From the NCBI GenBank assembly GCA_044225505.1, contig JBGAIN010000064.1, positions 1 to 40,900 of the forward strand: a DNA stretch of 40,900 nt, in the 5' to 3' direction. Shown one piece after another: positions 33,069-40,900 of this stretch (its first letter is position 1; each line of letters begins with the position of its first letter). Source of the DNA: Limisphaerales bacterium (GTDB lineage Bacteria > Verrucomicrobiota > Verrucomicrobiia > Limisphaerales > SIBE01). A model generated the notes under the pieces. The model ran no database searches. It saw nothing but the letters and a program-made list of their open reading frames with translations, and was not told where the DNA came from. The position numbers and the translations under genes are program-made.

Positions 33069-33325
33069 AAAAAGAGCCGAAGCGCTTTCCTGAGTTCGCC
33101 CGGAATGGGCGCCGTTCGACGGATGCGACTCGAGTCGCGAGCCATCTTACTCGGCTGAGTCACTTCGGACGAGGCTTTTACGCCGCGTCCATCGTTGGCC
33201 CGAATTGTCCGATGCTCAGAGCTTGCCTGAGGTCTGTCCCACAAGGTGCCATTCGGCCCATTCCCGCGCAGATCTTGGTTGAAACAGCGGGATAGGGCGA
33301 GCTGTCCGCTTGAATGATGGCACCC
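33069..33325 (-). promoter_or_regulatory. Structured intergenic leader upstream of uppS (candidate cis-regulatory RNA)
   Basis: Long-range pairings CCGAAGTG/CGCTTCGG and GGTGCCAT/ATGGCACC, a GCGACTCGAGTCGC palindrome, and a U-tract about 28 nt before the ATG. Confidence 0.35.
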
Positions 33326-33346
33326 GCGATGTGCCGAGTCGGTGAT

Positions 33347-34618
33347 TTAGCGCAGAAAGATTGTCTGTTCCCGAGCGGGGCCGATAGACGCAATCGTCAG
33401 TTTTGCTCCAGACAGTTTGGCGATGGCATTTAAGTAGGCACGCGCTTTCGCCGGAAGCTTTTTCCAGTCCCGAATATGGCTGGTGGGGGTTAGCCAACCA
33501 GGAAACTCTTCGTAAATCGGTTCGCATTTCGAAAAGGCTTCGATGCAATTGGGCACGTAGTCGTAGCGCGCAGAACCACAGCGGTAGGCGACACAAGCGC
33601 GAATCGTCTTCACAGTGTCCAGCCCGTCGATATTGGTAATCGCGATTTCGTCGATGCCATTGACCACGGTGGCATGGCGGGTGGCCACCGCATCGAACCA
33701 ACCGCAACGTCGAGCCCGGCCGGTGGTCGCGCCGAACTCACGTCCCATCGCGTGAAGCATGTCCGCAATCTCGGCGTTTTCCGTGGGCAAGGGGCCTTCA
33801 CCGACCCGGGTGGTATAGGCCTTCATGACGCCGACCACGCGGTCCATGCGGTTGGGCGGAACGCCCGAGCCCGTGCAAGCGCCTCCAGCTGTAGTGTTGG
33901 ACGACGTTACGAAGGGGTAAGTGCCATGGTCGATGTCCAGAAAGGTTCCTTGCGCGCCTTCAAACAGGATGTTGGCTTTGCGGCACGTGGCGTCGTGGAG
34001 CATGACGACCGTGTTCGTCACGAAGGGGCGCAAGTGGTCTCCAGCGGCTCTATACGTATCGTGGACCTTCTTAAAAGAGAGCGGCTTGGCCCCGAGCGCT
34101 TTGAGGATTTCGTTGTGTTCCTTGACGCGCTGCTTCAGCAGCAGTTCGAACCGAGGCGGATTGACCAGATCGATCATGCGGAGGCCCGTGCGCGCTGCTT
34201 TATCTCCGTAGGCCGGGCCAATTCCCCGCTTGGTCGTTCCGATGCGATTCTTGCCTTTGAGCAACTCGCGCTGGATGTCGAGCTCGCGATGATAAGGAAG
34301 TACCAAGTGCGCAGTCTCGCTGACAAAGAGATTGCCATCCACGTTCACCCCTAGCTTCTTCAATCCCTCAATCTCCTGGACCAAGCCGATTGGATCCACG
34401 ACCACGCCGTTCCCGATCACGCATTGCTTGGTGTCGCGAAGGATCCCAGAGGGAACGAGGTGAAGGACATACTTCTTGTCGCCGATGAAAACGGTGTGCC
34501 CCGCGTTGTTCCCACCTTGAGTTCGCACGACAATATCGGCGTCCTCGGTAAGGACGTCGATAATCTTTCCTTTGCCCTCGTCGCCCCATTGAGCGCCGAC
34601 CAGAATCGTATTGGCCAT
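33347..34618 (-). CDS. purA: Adenylosuccinate synthetase
   Basis: GAQWGDEGKGK, GGNNAGHT, IGTTKRGIGPAY, EFGATTGRARRCGWFD. Start ATG at 34618. Confidence 0.98.
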   Translation of the reverse strand: MANTILVGAQWGDEGKGKIIDVLTEDADIVVRTQGGNNAGHTVFIGDKKYVLHLVPSGILRDTKQCVIGNGVVVDPIGLVQEIEGLKKLGVNVDGNLFVSETAHLVLPYHRELDIQRELLKGKNRIGTTKRGIGPAYGDKAARTGLRMIDLVNPPRFELLLKQRVKEHNEILKALGAKPLSFKKVHDTYRAAGDHLRPFVTNTVVMLHDATCRKANILFEGAQGTFLDIDHGTYPFVTSSNTTAGGACTGSGVPPNRMDRVVGVMKAYTTRVGEGPLPTENAEIADMLHAMGREFGATTGRARRCGWFDAVATRHATVVNGIDEIAITNIDGLDTVKTIRACVAYRCGSARYDYVPNCIEAFSKCEPIYEEFPGWLTPTSHIRDWKKLPAKARAYLNAIAKLSGAKLTIASIGPAREQTIFLR

Positions 34619-34643
34619 AGTTACATTCGTCGCGTGCAGACAC

Positions 34644-34673
34644 AAAAAGACCCGGCAGGGTGCTGCATCGGGT
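34644..34673 (-). terminator. Intrinsic terminator-like hairpin upstream of purA
   Basis: Minus strand ACCCG-AT-GCAG-CACC-CTGC-CGGGT followed by CTTTTT. Confidence 0.5.
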
Positions 34674-34784
34674 GCAATCCGTCAATCCGAGCCATTTACT
34701 ATCCTTTTCTGCCTCTGCGTCAAGCCTGTGGGCATGGCAAATCTATAATGTCGCTGGGGCTGACTGCGGCGCGCTCATTGTTTC

Positions 34785-37598
34785 TCAGGCTAATTGCAGT
34801 CCTACAGGCAGGGTGTCGCCCAGTGCCCGAGCCTTGTCGCTGACTTCGAGTTGCACGACTTCATTGACCATGCGACGCCACGCCATCGATGCGTCCGCCG
34901 CCTTCAGAACATCGCGTACTCGGGAACGCTCGGTCTCTTCGAGATCGCGGGTGCGATCGCCCGTCATCCGGGCCAGTTGCGCCAAGGCGAAGAGGGTCGC
35001 TTCGGTAGGCGTCGACTTGGATTCGAGAATGTTTTGAGCCCAGCGAGCCGCGGTTCCTGGATTTACCACGCGATGGGCGCTCCCATAGATCGGGGCTCGG
35101 GCGCCAAGGCGACCGAGCGACCAGGCCCAGGGGCCCTCCGCACTGCCGCCTCCTTGCAGTCGGGCGCAAATCCAATCGCCGAGCAGCTCCTTTTCGGACG
35201 GGGAAACGTGCTCGAGCGAAGCGGCCAGGCGAACCATCTCTTCCGTTCCTTCGGGCTGAACTCCCTTGGGTTTGGCGATGTGCCTGGGGACGTTCGGTGG
35301 TACGCGGTGGGCCAGGTGGGGTTTGAGCCACTGCCAAATCTCCTCCTGGCGTGCTGGGCTTAAGCCGCCTGCCACCCGCCGCCAGAGGACCCAAAACTCC
35401 GTCCAGACCGGTTTTTCTTTGGCTGCTTGTACGCCTTCGGCGAAAAGGCGCGCCGTTTGTTCCCCGCGCCACTCGTCCAGCGGATAACCAAAGCCCGGAC
35501 GCAGGCCATAGCCTAGCAATTGGAAAAAGACGCGTTCATGATCGACCGATCGTTTACGGCGCGCGGCGCCCGAGAAAAGGACACTCCAGAGTTCGCGCAG
35601 CACGGGCACACGCCAATCCGCTCGCGGGCCCAATGTCTTTTCCAATGCCGTCCACAAGCCTTTGATTTCTTTGGCTAATTGAGTTTTGGCATCGACAGGA
35701 GACTTTGCGATCACCGGTTTCCCGCCATAGACCCGCTCGAGGGCATCGCGAGCCTCGCCGAATTTTGGGGGCATGGACTCGGTCACGGTCAGAGAGTCCG
35801 GAGCAGCCGTCCCGCGAAGTTCAAACTCCAGGCGCCATTGCTCGGCGCTCGAATTCGAGACACACCACAACTCCAGCGTTCCGATTTCCGTTAACGACGC
35901 TCTGAGATGCACGGGCACGCTGCCCTTTTGCTGGTGCGAGCTTTTCAGGACGGTGTGGATCGGCGGCAAGGCATTCATATCGTCGCTCGCAGTCACGACC
36001 TCGCCTGCCTTCTCGACGCGGTCTGAACTCGAGGAGAAAAGAGGAAAGCGGACGGGGCGTCCCAGCGTCAACTGGAAGACCCGGTCTCCGATCTCGACAC
36101 GCTCGCCTTCTTCTTGCCCGCGCGGAATGACGCACAAGACGGGAGCTGCGGCAGAGCTGGACGGTTCCAATCCGATATAAAGCGCGTGCGCGGCGCCGCC
36201 GGTGATGCGGCGGCCCAAGCCCCGTCGAACGAGCCCGTAATATGCGGCCCCTCGAGCCACGGCCAATTCGAGCGAACTATGCTGCAGGATCCGCATCGGC
36301 TCCGCGTTGGGCCACCAGCTGCTCAGGACTTTCGCCAACCGTTCGGCAATGCGCTTGGAGTTGAACACGCCTCCATTTAAGAGCAGGGCGTCTGGACGAG
36401 GCAGGCGGCCGCTGTTCAAGGGCGATTCACCGAGGGCGGCGAATCCAGCGGTGGCGTGGAGTCGTAAAAACCCGGCCAGGTGGCGGGTTATGCCAGGATC
36501 ATGGGCATAGGGCAGGCCAATTTCCTGCAGAGCAACGCGTGAAGACCGTTCCGGCTTGGCTTCGGGAGGGCATAGAGGAAAGAAACCGTCCAAGACAAGA
36601 TCTTCCACTTCGCTCCGGCTCAGCTGAGTGCTCAGTCCGCCGCCTAAAAGCCGGCTGCCTTCCGCTAGAATCGAGAGCTGAAACTGGGTTGGCGGCATCT
36701 CTCCCAAGAGTGTTTCTTTGGCGACGCGAGCCAGTTGCACGAGTTGCGTCCACTGCGTCGCGCTTAGTTTGCGTCCGCCCGCTGCGAGGCGTTCTTCGGC
36801 CCGGCGGCCGAGCGCCGCGTCCATATTATCGCCGCCTAGGATCAGGTGCTCACCCACCGCGATCCGGCGCAGCACTGGGCCTTCCGGGGAAACGCCCACT
36901 TGGACCAGCGTGAAATCGGAGGTGCCACCTCCGACATCAATGACGAGAATGAGGCGCACGCCTGCCAGCGCCTGCTCGAGGTTTTGGCGGTGGCGGGCCG
37001 TGAAATCGTAGAACGCGGCTTGCGGTTCTTCGAGCAAGGTAAACTTCTCCAGACCTGCACCCTGGGCGGCAGTGACTGTCAGAGCCCGCGCAACTTCGTC
37101 GAACGACGCTGGCACCGTGATGATGACTTCCTGCTGCGCCAAAGGCGCCTCCGGGTGAGCCACGTTCCAAGCCTGGGCCATGTGTCGCAGAAACTGCGCG
37201 GAGGCTTGGACAGGTGAAACCTTGGTCACGTCCGTCGGAGCACCCCAAGGCAGAATCGGCGCGGTGCGGTCCACGGCCGAGTGACATAACCAGCTTTTCG
37301 CAGACGCGACCAGCCGGCCGGGAACTCGCGAGCCTTGCCAACGCGCAAACTCGCCCGTGATAAACTTGGACTCCGGAGCCCACGGCAGTTGGGTGGCCTC
37401 GCTGGGCAGTTCGTGCTCTCCCGCCACGTACAAGCAGGAGGGCAAGAGCGGGATCTCTGTCACTTCGCCTAACCGCCGGAGTTGCGGAATGGGCAGGTCA
37501 ACAATCTCCGCGGATGGGCCCTGGCTGGCTTGGATCGAAGCGACCGCGCAATTCGAGGTCCCCAGGTCGATTCCAACTAGATACGTTGGATCACTCAT
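34785..37598 (-). CDS. Atypical Hsp70-family protein with C-terminal DUF3731-like helical domain
   Basis: GIDLGTSN, ITVPASFD, EEPQAA, DVGGGTSD, GGDNMD, LAVARGAAYY. The C-terminal region contains LRPGFGYPLDEWR, SLGRLGARAPIYGS and LARMTGDRTRD. Confidence 0.9.
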   Translation of the reverse strand: MSDPTYLVGIDLGTSNCAVASIQASQGPSAEIVDLPIPQLRRLGEVTEIPLLPSCLYVAGEHELPSEATQLPWAPESKFITGEFARWQGSRVPGRLVASAKSWLCHSAVDRTAPILPWGAPTDVTKVSPVQASAQFLRHMAQAWNVAHPEAPLAQQEVIITVPASFDEVARALTVTAAQGAGLEKFTLLEEPQAAFYDFTARHRQNLEQALAGVRLILVIDVGGGTSDFTLVQVGVSPEGPVLRRIAVGEHLILGGDNMDAALGRRAEERLAAGGRKLSATQWTQLVQLARVAKETLLGEMPPTQFQLSILAEGSRLLGGGLSTQLSRSEVEDLVLDGFFPLCPPEAKPERSSRVALQEIGLPYAHDPGITRHLAGFLRLHATAGFAALGESPLNSGRLPRPDALLLNGGVFNSKRIAERLAKVLSSWWPNAEPMRILQHSSLELAVARGAAYYGLVRRGLGRRITGGAAHALYIGLEPSSSAAAPVLCVIPRGQEEGERVEIGDRVFQLTLGRPVRFPLFSSSSDRVEKAGEVVTASDDMNALPPIHTVLKSSHQQKGSVPVHLRASLTEIGTLELWCVSNSSAEQWRLEFELRGTAAPDSLTVTESMPPKFGEARDALERVYGGKPVIAKSPVDAKTQLAKEIKGLWTALEKTLGPRADWRVPVLRELWSVLFSGAARRKRSVDHERVFFQLLGYGLRPGFGYPLDEWRGEQTARLFAEGVQAAKEKPVWTEFWVLWRRVAGGLSPARQEEIWQWLKPHLAHRVPPNVPRHIAKPKGVQPEGTEEMVRLAASLEHVSPSEKELLGDWICARLQGGGSAEGPWAWSLGRLGARAPIYGSAHRVVNPGTAARWAQNILESKSTPTEATLFALAQLARMTGDRTRDLEETERSRVRDVLKAADASMAWRRMVNEVVQLEVSDKARALGDTLPVGLQLA

Positions 37599-37626
37599 GC
37601 GAAATCGCTTTTCCCACGGCGGCCTC

Positions 37627-39492
37627 TCATGCAGGGTCCTCGCCCTTCATGCGGACATTGAGTTCGAGCTTCCATCGGCCCTCGCCTCCAGTTTGCAGGC
37701 AACGCACTTCCAAGGTGCCCAGTTCTGTCACCGCCGCTTGCAGGTGCACCGGAACGAGCGATTGGCCGTTCCCGGACCCTGTCGGCAGCGTGGTTTCAAT
37801 CGGTGAGAGTTCCTCCAACTCGTCCGAGTTGCCCGCATCTTCCAACAGATTGCCCACCTGATCATCGCGGCGCACGGACGAGGCGAAAAAGCGGAACCGC
37901 GTGGGTTCTCCTACGACCAGGCCGAACTCCTGCGGAGGCACATCGGCTTGCGTGCCTTCCTCCATCCCGAACGGAGCCACGCACAGAGCCTTGACCGGAG
38001 GCTCGAATCCTGGAACGGCTGGCATCGGGGATTCGACTCCGACATAGTAGGATCGCGCTGTCCCTCCCCGAATCCGAATTCCATGGCCGCGGCGCACCCA
38101 ACCGTAGTAGGCCGCCCCGCGGGCCACGGCCAGGTCCAGGTCTGCGCCCTCCAGCTCCTGCGCGGGTTTTCCGCCGTCGCTGAGCAGCCAGTCGTTCAGC
38201 ACCTCCATCACTCGCTCCTTCAGTGCCGACGCTTTGAAAACCCCTCCGTTAAACAGGATGGCGGTGGGATGCACAAAGGTTTTGCCGTCAGTTTTGACGG
38301 GAGCGTCGGGCGAGCCTTGCAACGCGCGGGCTTGCCTCGTGAGGAAGGCCGCCAGATGGCGCGTGATCCCGGCATCTTGCGCATAAGGCAAGGCCATTTG
38401 CGTCAAACCGGTCCGGCGCGCGGTCTGCGGCAACTCTGTCACTGGCACCCGCGGGATAAATCCGTCCGTGAGAATGCGCGTCAGATCCTCGCGGGTCAGC
38501 TCGACCTTGATCGTGCCGCCAATGAGCGCGGACCCTCGGCTGGGGACTGAGATCGGCGCTTTCTTTAGTTTTGAGTCGCTGAAGAGTTGTTCCTTGGCGC
38601 GCCGGCATCCAAACGTTAGAGAGGCAAACTGCCACGAATCGAGCTTCTTGCCCGTCGCCGTGAGCTGTTGGTTCAAGGTATGGGCTAAGGCCAGGTCCAT
38701 ATTATCCCCACCCAAGAGAATATGGTCGCCTACGGCCACTCGCGTGATTTCCAGATTGCCTTGTTGCTCGGTCACCGCCATGAGAGATAGGTCCGTGGTC
38801 CCACCACCGACGTCGACGACCAGAATGACGTCCCCCACTTTAACGTGTTTCCGAAAGGAATCGCCCATCGCTTCGAGCCATGCATAAAGGGCTGCTTGCG
38901 GCTCTTCCAAGAGGGTCAGATGTTTCAGACCCGCCCGATCTGCCGCCTGCATCGTTAGGTCACGAGCCGCCGCGTCGAAACTGGCAGGGACAGTGAGAAC
39001 GATCTCCTGGTTGGCGATCGCATCGCTGGGGTCGCTGCCCGGTTTGGCAAATCGCCAATTCCACGCGGCGGCCAAGTGTCGCAGATACTCCGCCGATGCA
39101 TCGACCGGGGATATGCGCGGCACGTCGGACGGAGCTTGCCAGGGCAGCAGCGCGCTAGTGCGATCGACGCCGGCGTGGCTCAACCAACTTTTGGCCGACG
39201 AAACCAGCCGGGTGGGAACCTTAACGCCATGGGATCTCGCCAATTCACCCGTCACCAATCGCGCTTCAGGATCCCACGGCAGGGCCAGACTTCCCGCAGG
39301 AAACTCTTGTTCACCAGCCAAGTATAGAAACGACGGGAGGAGCGGGCGTTCCTCGAGCGTGCCGGGCGCGCTTAGTTGCGGCACGGCCAGGATGGTTTCG
39401 TCCCGCCCTCGAGCTTTCTCCGACGTGAGATCGTAGAAAGAGAGCGCGCAATGAGTGGTTCCCAGATCAATCCCAATCGAATAGTGCGACAT
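37627..39492 (-). CDS. Atypical Hsp70-family protein
   Basis: GIDLGTTH, LTVPASFD, EEPQAA, DVGGGTTD, GGDNMD, LAVARGAAYY, IRGGTARSYY, WKLELNVR. Start ATG at 39492. Confidence 0.9.
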   Translation of the reverse strand: MSHYSIGIDLGTTHCALSFYDLTSEKARGRDETILAVPQLSAPGTLEERPLLPSFLYLAGEQEFPAGSLALPWDPEARLVTGELARSHGVKVPTRLVSSAKSWLSHAGVDRTSALLPWQAPSDVPRISPVDASAEYLRHLAAAWNWRFAKPGSDPSDAIANQEIVLTVPASFDAAARDLTMQAADRAGLKHLTLLEEPQAALYAWLEAMGDSFRKHVKVGDVILVVDVGGGTTDLSLMAVTEQQGNLEITRVAVGDHILLGGDNMDLALAHTLNQQLTATGKKLDSWQFASLTFGCRRAKEQLFSDSKLKKAPISVPSRGSALIGGTIKVELTREDLTRILTDGFIPRVPVTELPQTARRTGLTQMALPYAQDAGITRHLAAFLTRQARALQGSPDAPVKTDGKTFVHPTAILFNGGVFKASALKERVMEVLNDWLLSDGGKPAQELEGADLDLAVARGAAYYGWVRRGHGIRIRGGTARSYYVGVESPMPAVPGFEPPVKALCVAPFGMEEGTQADVPPQEFGLVVGEPTRFRFFASSVRRDDQVGNLLEDAGNSDELEELSPIETTLPTGSGNGQSLVPVHLQAAVTELGTLEVRCLQTGGEGRWKLELNVRMKGEDPA

Positions 39493-39588
39493 ATGAAAAC
39501 AACAGCCTTGAAGCAATTTACACTCGCCTCTGAAACCATGCTCGAACGCATGATTCCCTCCTGAATGGTTTCCGAGGCCGGAACTCCT

Positions 39589-40149
39589 TTAAGCTAACTC
39601 CACCTCCGCCGGCGCGAGTACTCGGGCATCGAGCGTCTCCGAGATCGCGGGCAATCGGACTTCTTTCGCCACCCAACCGTGATGTTTCAACGTGCCGCGG
39701 AACGGAGGTTGGCCAGTGACATTGCCCGTCAACCGAATCCGTTGGGCGTCGAATGACGCGGGAACGGTCATCGGTGTCCCTTCCGCCCCGCCAACGGCGG
39801 GCTGAAAGTCGAAGTATTCCCGCAACACCTTGTTACATCCGGCGTGGACGACACGGGCGGCAGCAGCGACATCTTCGTCGCCATAGCCAGCTACGTCCTG
39901 CTGAAGAAAATCGATCAAGCGCCCTTCGCGCTGCAGCGCAGAGAGCACGAACAACCCCGAAGCATGGGTTCGTTCCGAACCTTGCGGACGCTCGACAGGC
40001 TTTGACACCAATGGCTTAGCATCTTTGGACGCCAAAAGGTCCAATCCTGCCTTCACGCGGTTGGCGAAGTTGCCGTCAAACGCCAGCCGGAAGGCCATGC
40101 TGATCCGCGCAGAAAATGACATCGATTCTGCGGATTGATTACTTTCCAT
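39589..40149 (-). CDS. DUF2760 domain-containing protein
   Basis: LSALQREGRLIDFLQQD..D.DVAAAARVVH..IRLTGNVTGQPPFRGTLKHHGW..APAEVEL. Confidence 0.85.
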   Translation of the reverse strand: MESNQSAESMSFSARISMAFRLAFDGNFANRVKAGLDLLASKDAKPLVSKPVERPQGSERTHASGLFVLSALQREGRLIDFLQQDVAGYGDEDVAAAARVVHAGCNKVLREYFDFQPAVGGAEGTPMTVPASFDAQRIRLTGNVTGQPPFRGTLKHHGWVAKEVRLPAISETLDARVLAPAEVELA

Positions 40150-40517
40150 GCGGGGAACGATAGCAGTGCTTGGAGCTGGATCAAAACGAAACTAGCCCGG
40201 AAACGAGCAGGTTCAGCTGGGGACGGCGGGTCAACGGCCGTCCCAAGCCTGCCAGACGGCTGATTCTATTTGCAAGCAACTCATTGTCATGTATTTAAGC
40301 ATAAGGCAGGGCCATTCCCTGACTGGACTGGGCGTCGGGTGGATTTGGGGTTAAAGGCCAAATGTCTCACAGTTTGTCCGCAAATTGTTCTCGAAGTGTG
40401 ATTCATTTGGGCTGACGGGTTCCTCGCTGTTTCCAGTGGGAGATAAGCTTTTCCACTGGAAACAGCGAAAAGCTGCTGATCGGACGCGGAGCCTGTTGAC
40501 CGACTCCCAGGGGAGAG

Positions 40518-40620
40518 CCGGACCAAGCCGGGTGCACTGCCGCGTCAACCCCGGTGCAACGCCGCTCCGTCACCGGCCTTGCAGCGGCCTTGGACCGGCC
40601 TTGGACCGGCCTTGCCTCGA
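40518..40620. repeat. Degenerate 11-bp tandem array (GACCGGCCTTG-like)
   Basis: (C/G)CG(G/C) cores at 40518, 40528, 40540, 40551, 40562, 40573, 40584, 40595 and 40606. Two exact GACCGGCCTTG copies at 40593-40614. Confidence 0.7.
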
Positions 40621-40900
40621 ACGGTCCCGCCCTGATCCTGCGCGCGCATCAGATCTTTTCTCTCCATTCCGCCTACTGTTATTTCACACCTCAGCGGGGT
40701 TCCTGAAACGAGGACGGTTTCTTCAAGCCAAAGCGATCGCGCGTCACCGGAAGGCTCCGAGGGTCAGTCCGCCCTGAGAAACGGAAGAAGCCAGGTCGTC
40801 ATGCTTCACGAAATGTCGCACACGGCAGGAACAAATTGCTCCAGTGGAGACCTAGTGTGGTGACCGCTAAGGCCTTATACTTTCGTTGCGCCCAAAATGG

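Noticed and set aside
33069..33200. Calling a canonical SAM-I riboswitch
   Set aside because: Only the 3'-half-like motif is present. AUC-AGAG, GAGGGA and GCAACC are not found, so it is kept only as a candidate RNA.
34785..39492. Naming the Hsp70 genes dnaK or hscA
   Set aside because: They lack the canonical linker and substrate-binding domain and the dnaJ/grpE or isc context.
40220..40244. Hairpin GGGACGGC-N9-GCCGTCCC as a terminator or REP
   Set aside because: No U-tract and no second copy in the window, so no function can be supported.
21267..40823. Shared 10-mer TGTCGCACAC in both long intergenic regions (21267 and 40814)
   Set aside because: A single 10-mer match is expected by chance at this sequence length.

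Overview
GC-rich bacterial DNA. PurA, UppS and the giant surface protein look tentatively Verrucomicrobiota/PVC-like; this is an impression, not a computed assignment. The first half (1-20448, open at the 5' edge) is one >6,800-aa ORF. Its domain order is cadherin-like/He_PIG repeats, a short YD module, a dockerin-like pair, Ig/ZU5-like domains, a YVTN-type propeller, about 2,650 aa of YD/RHS repeats ending in an intact PxxxxDPSG core, about 880 aa of internal payload, a HExxH metalloprotease, beta-sandwich/Ig domains, a second dockerin and a 58-aa triple repeat. The payload has hydrophobic helices, a coiled coil and a possible nucleotidyltransferase GS..DxD motif. No clear immunity gene follows. 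Next come a repeat- and palindrome-rich spacer, an ERCC4 nuclease, a chimeric nucleotidyltransferase remnant and recQ. An accessory islet at the 3' side of tRNA-Ala(CGC) holds two hypothetical genes, a pRiA4b ORF-3 gene, a frameshifted gene and a GIY-YIG relic. Then follow a GH20 hexosaminidase, uppS, purA, and a DUF2760 + two atypical Hsp70 operon. Two intergenic arrays with ~11-bp phasing and two structured 5' leaders were also seen. No CRISPR array, integrase or rRNA was found.
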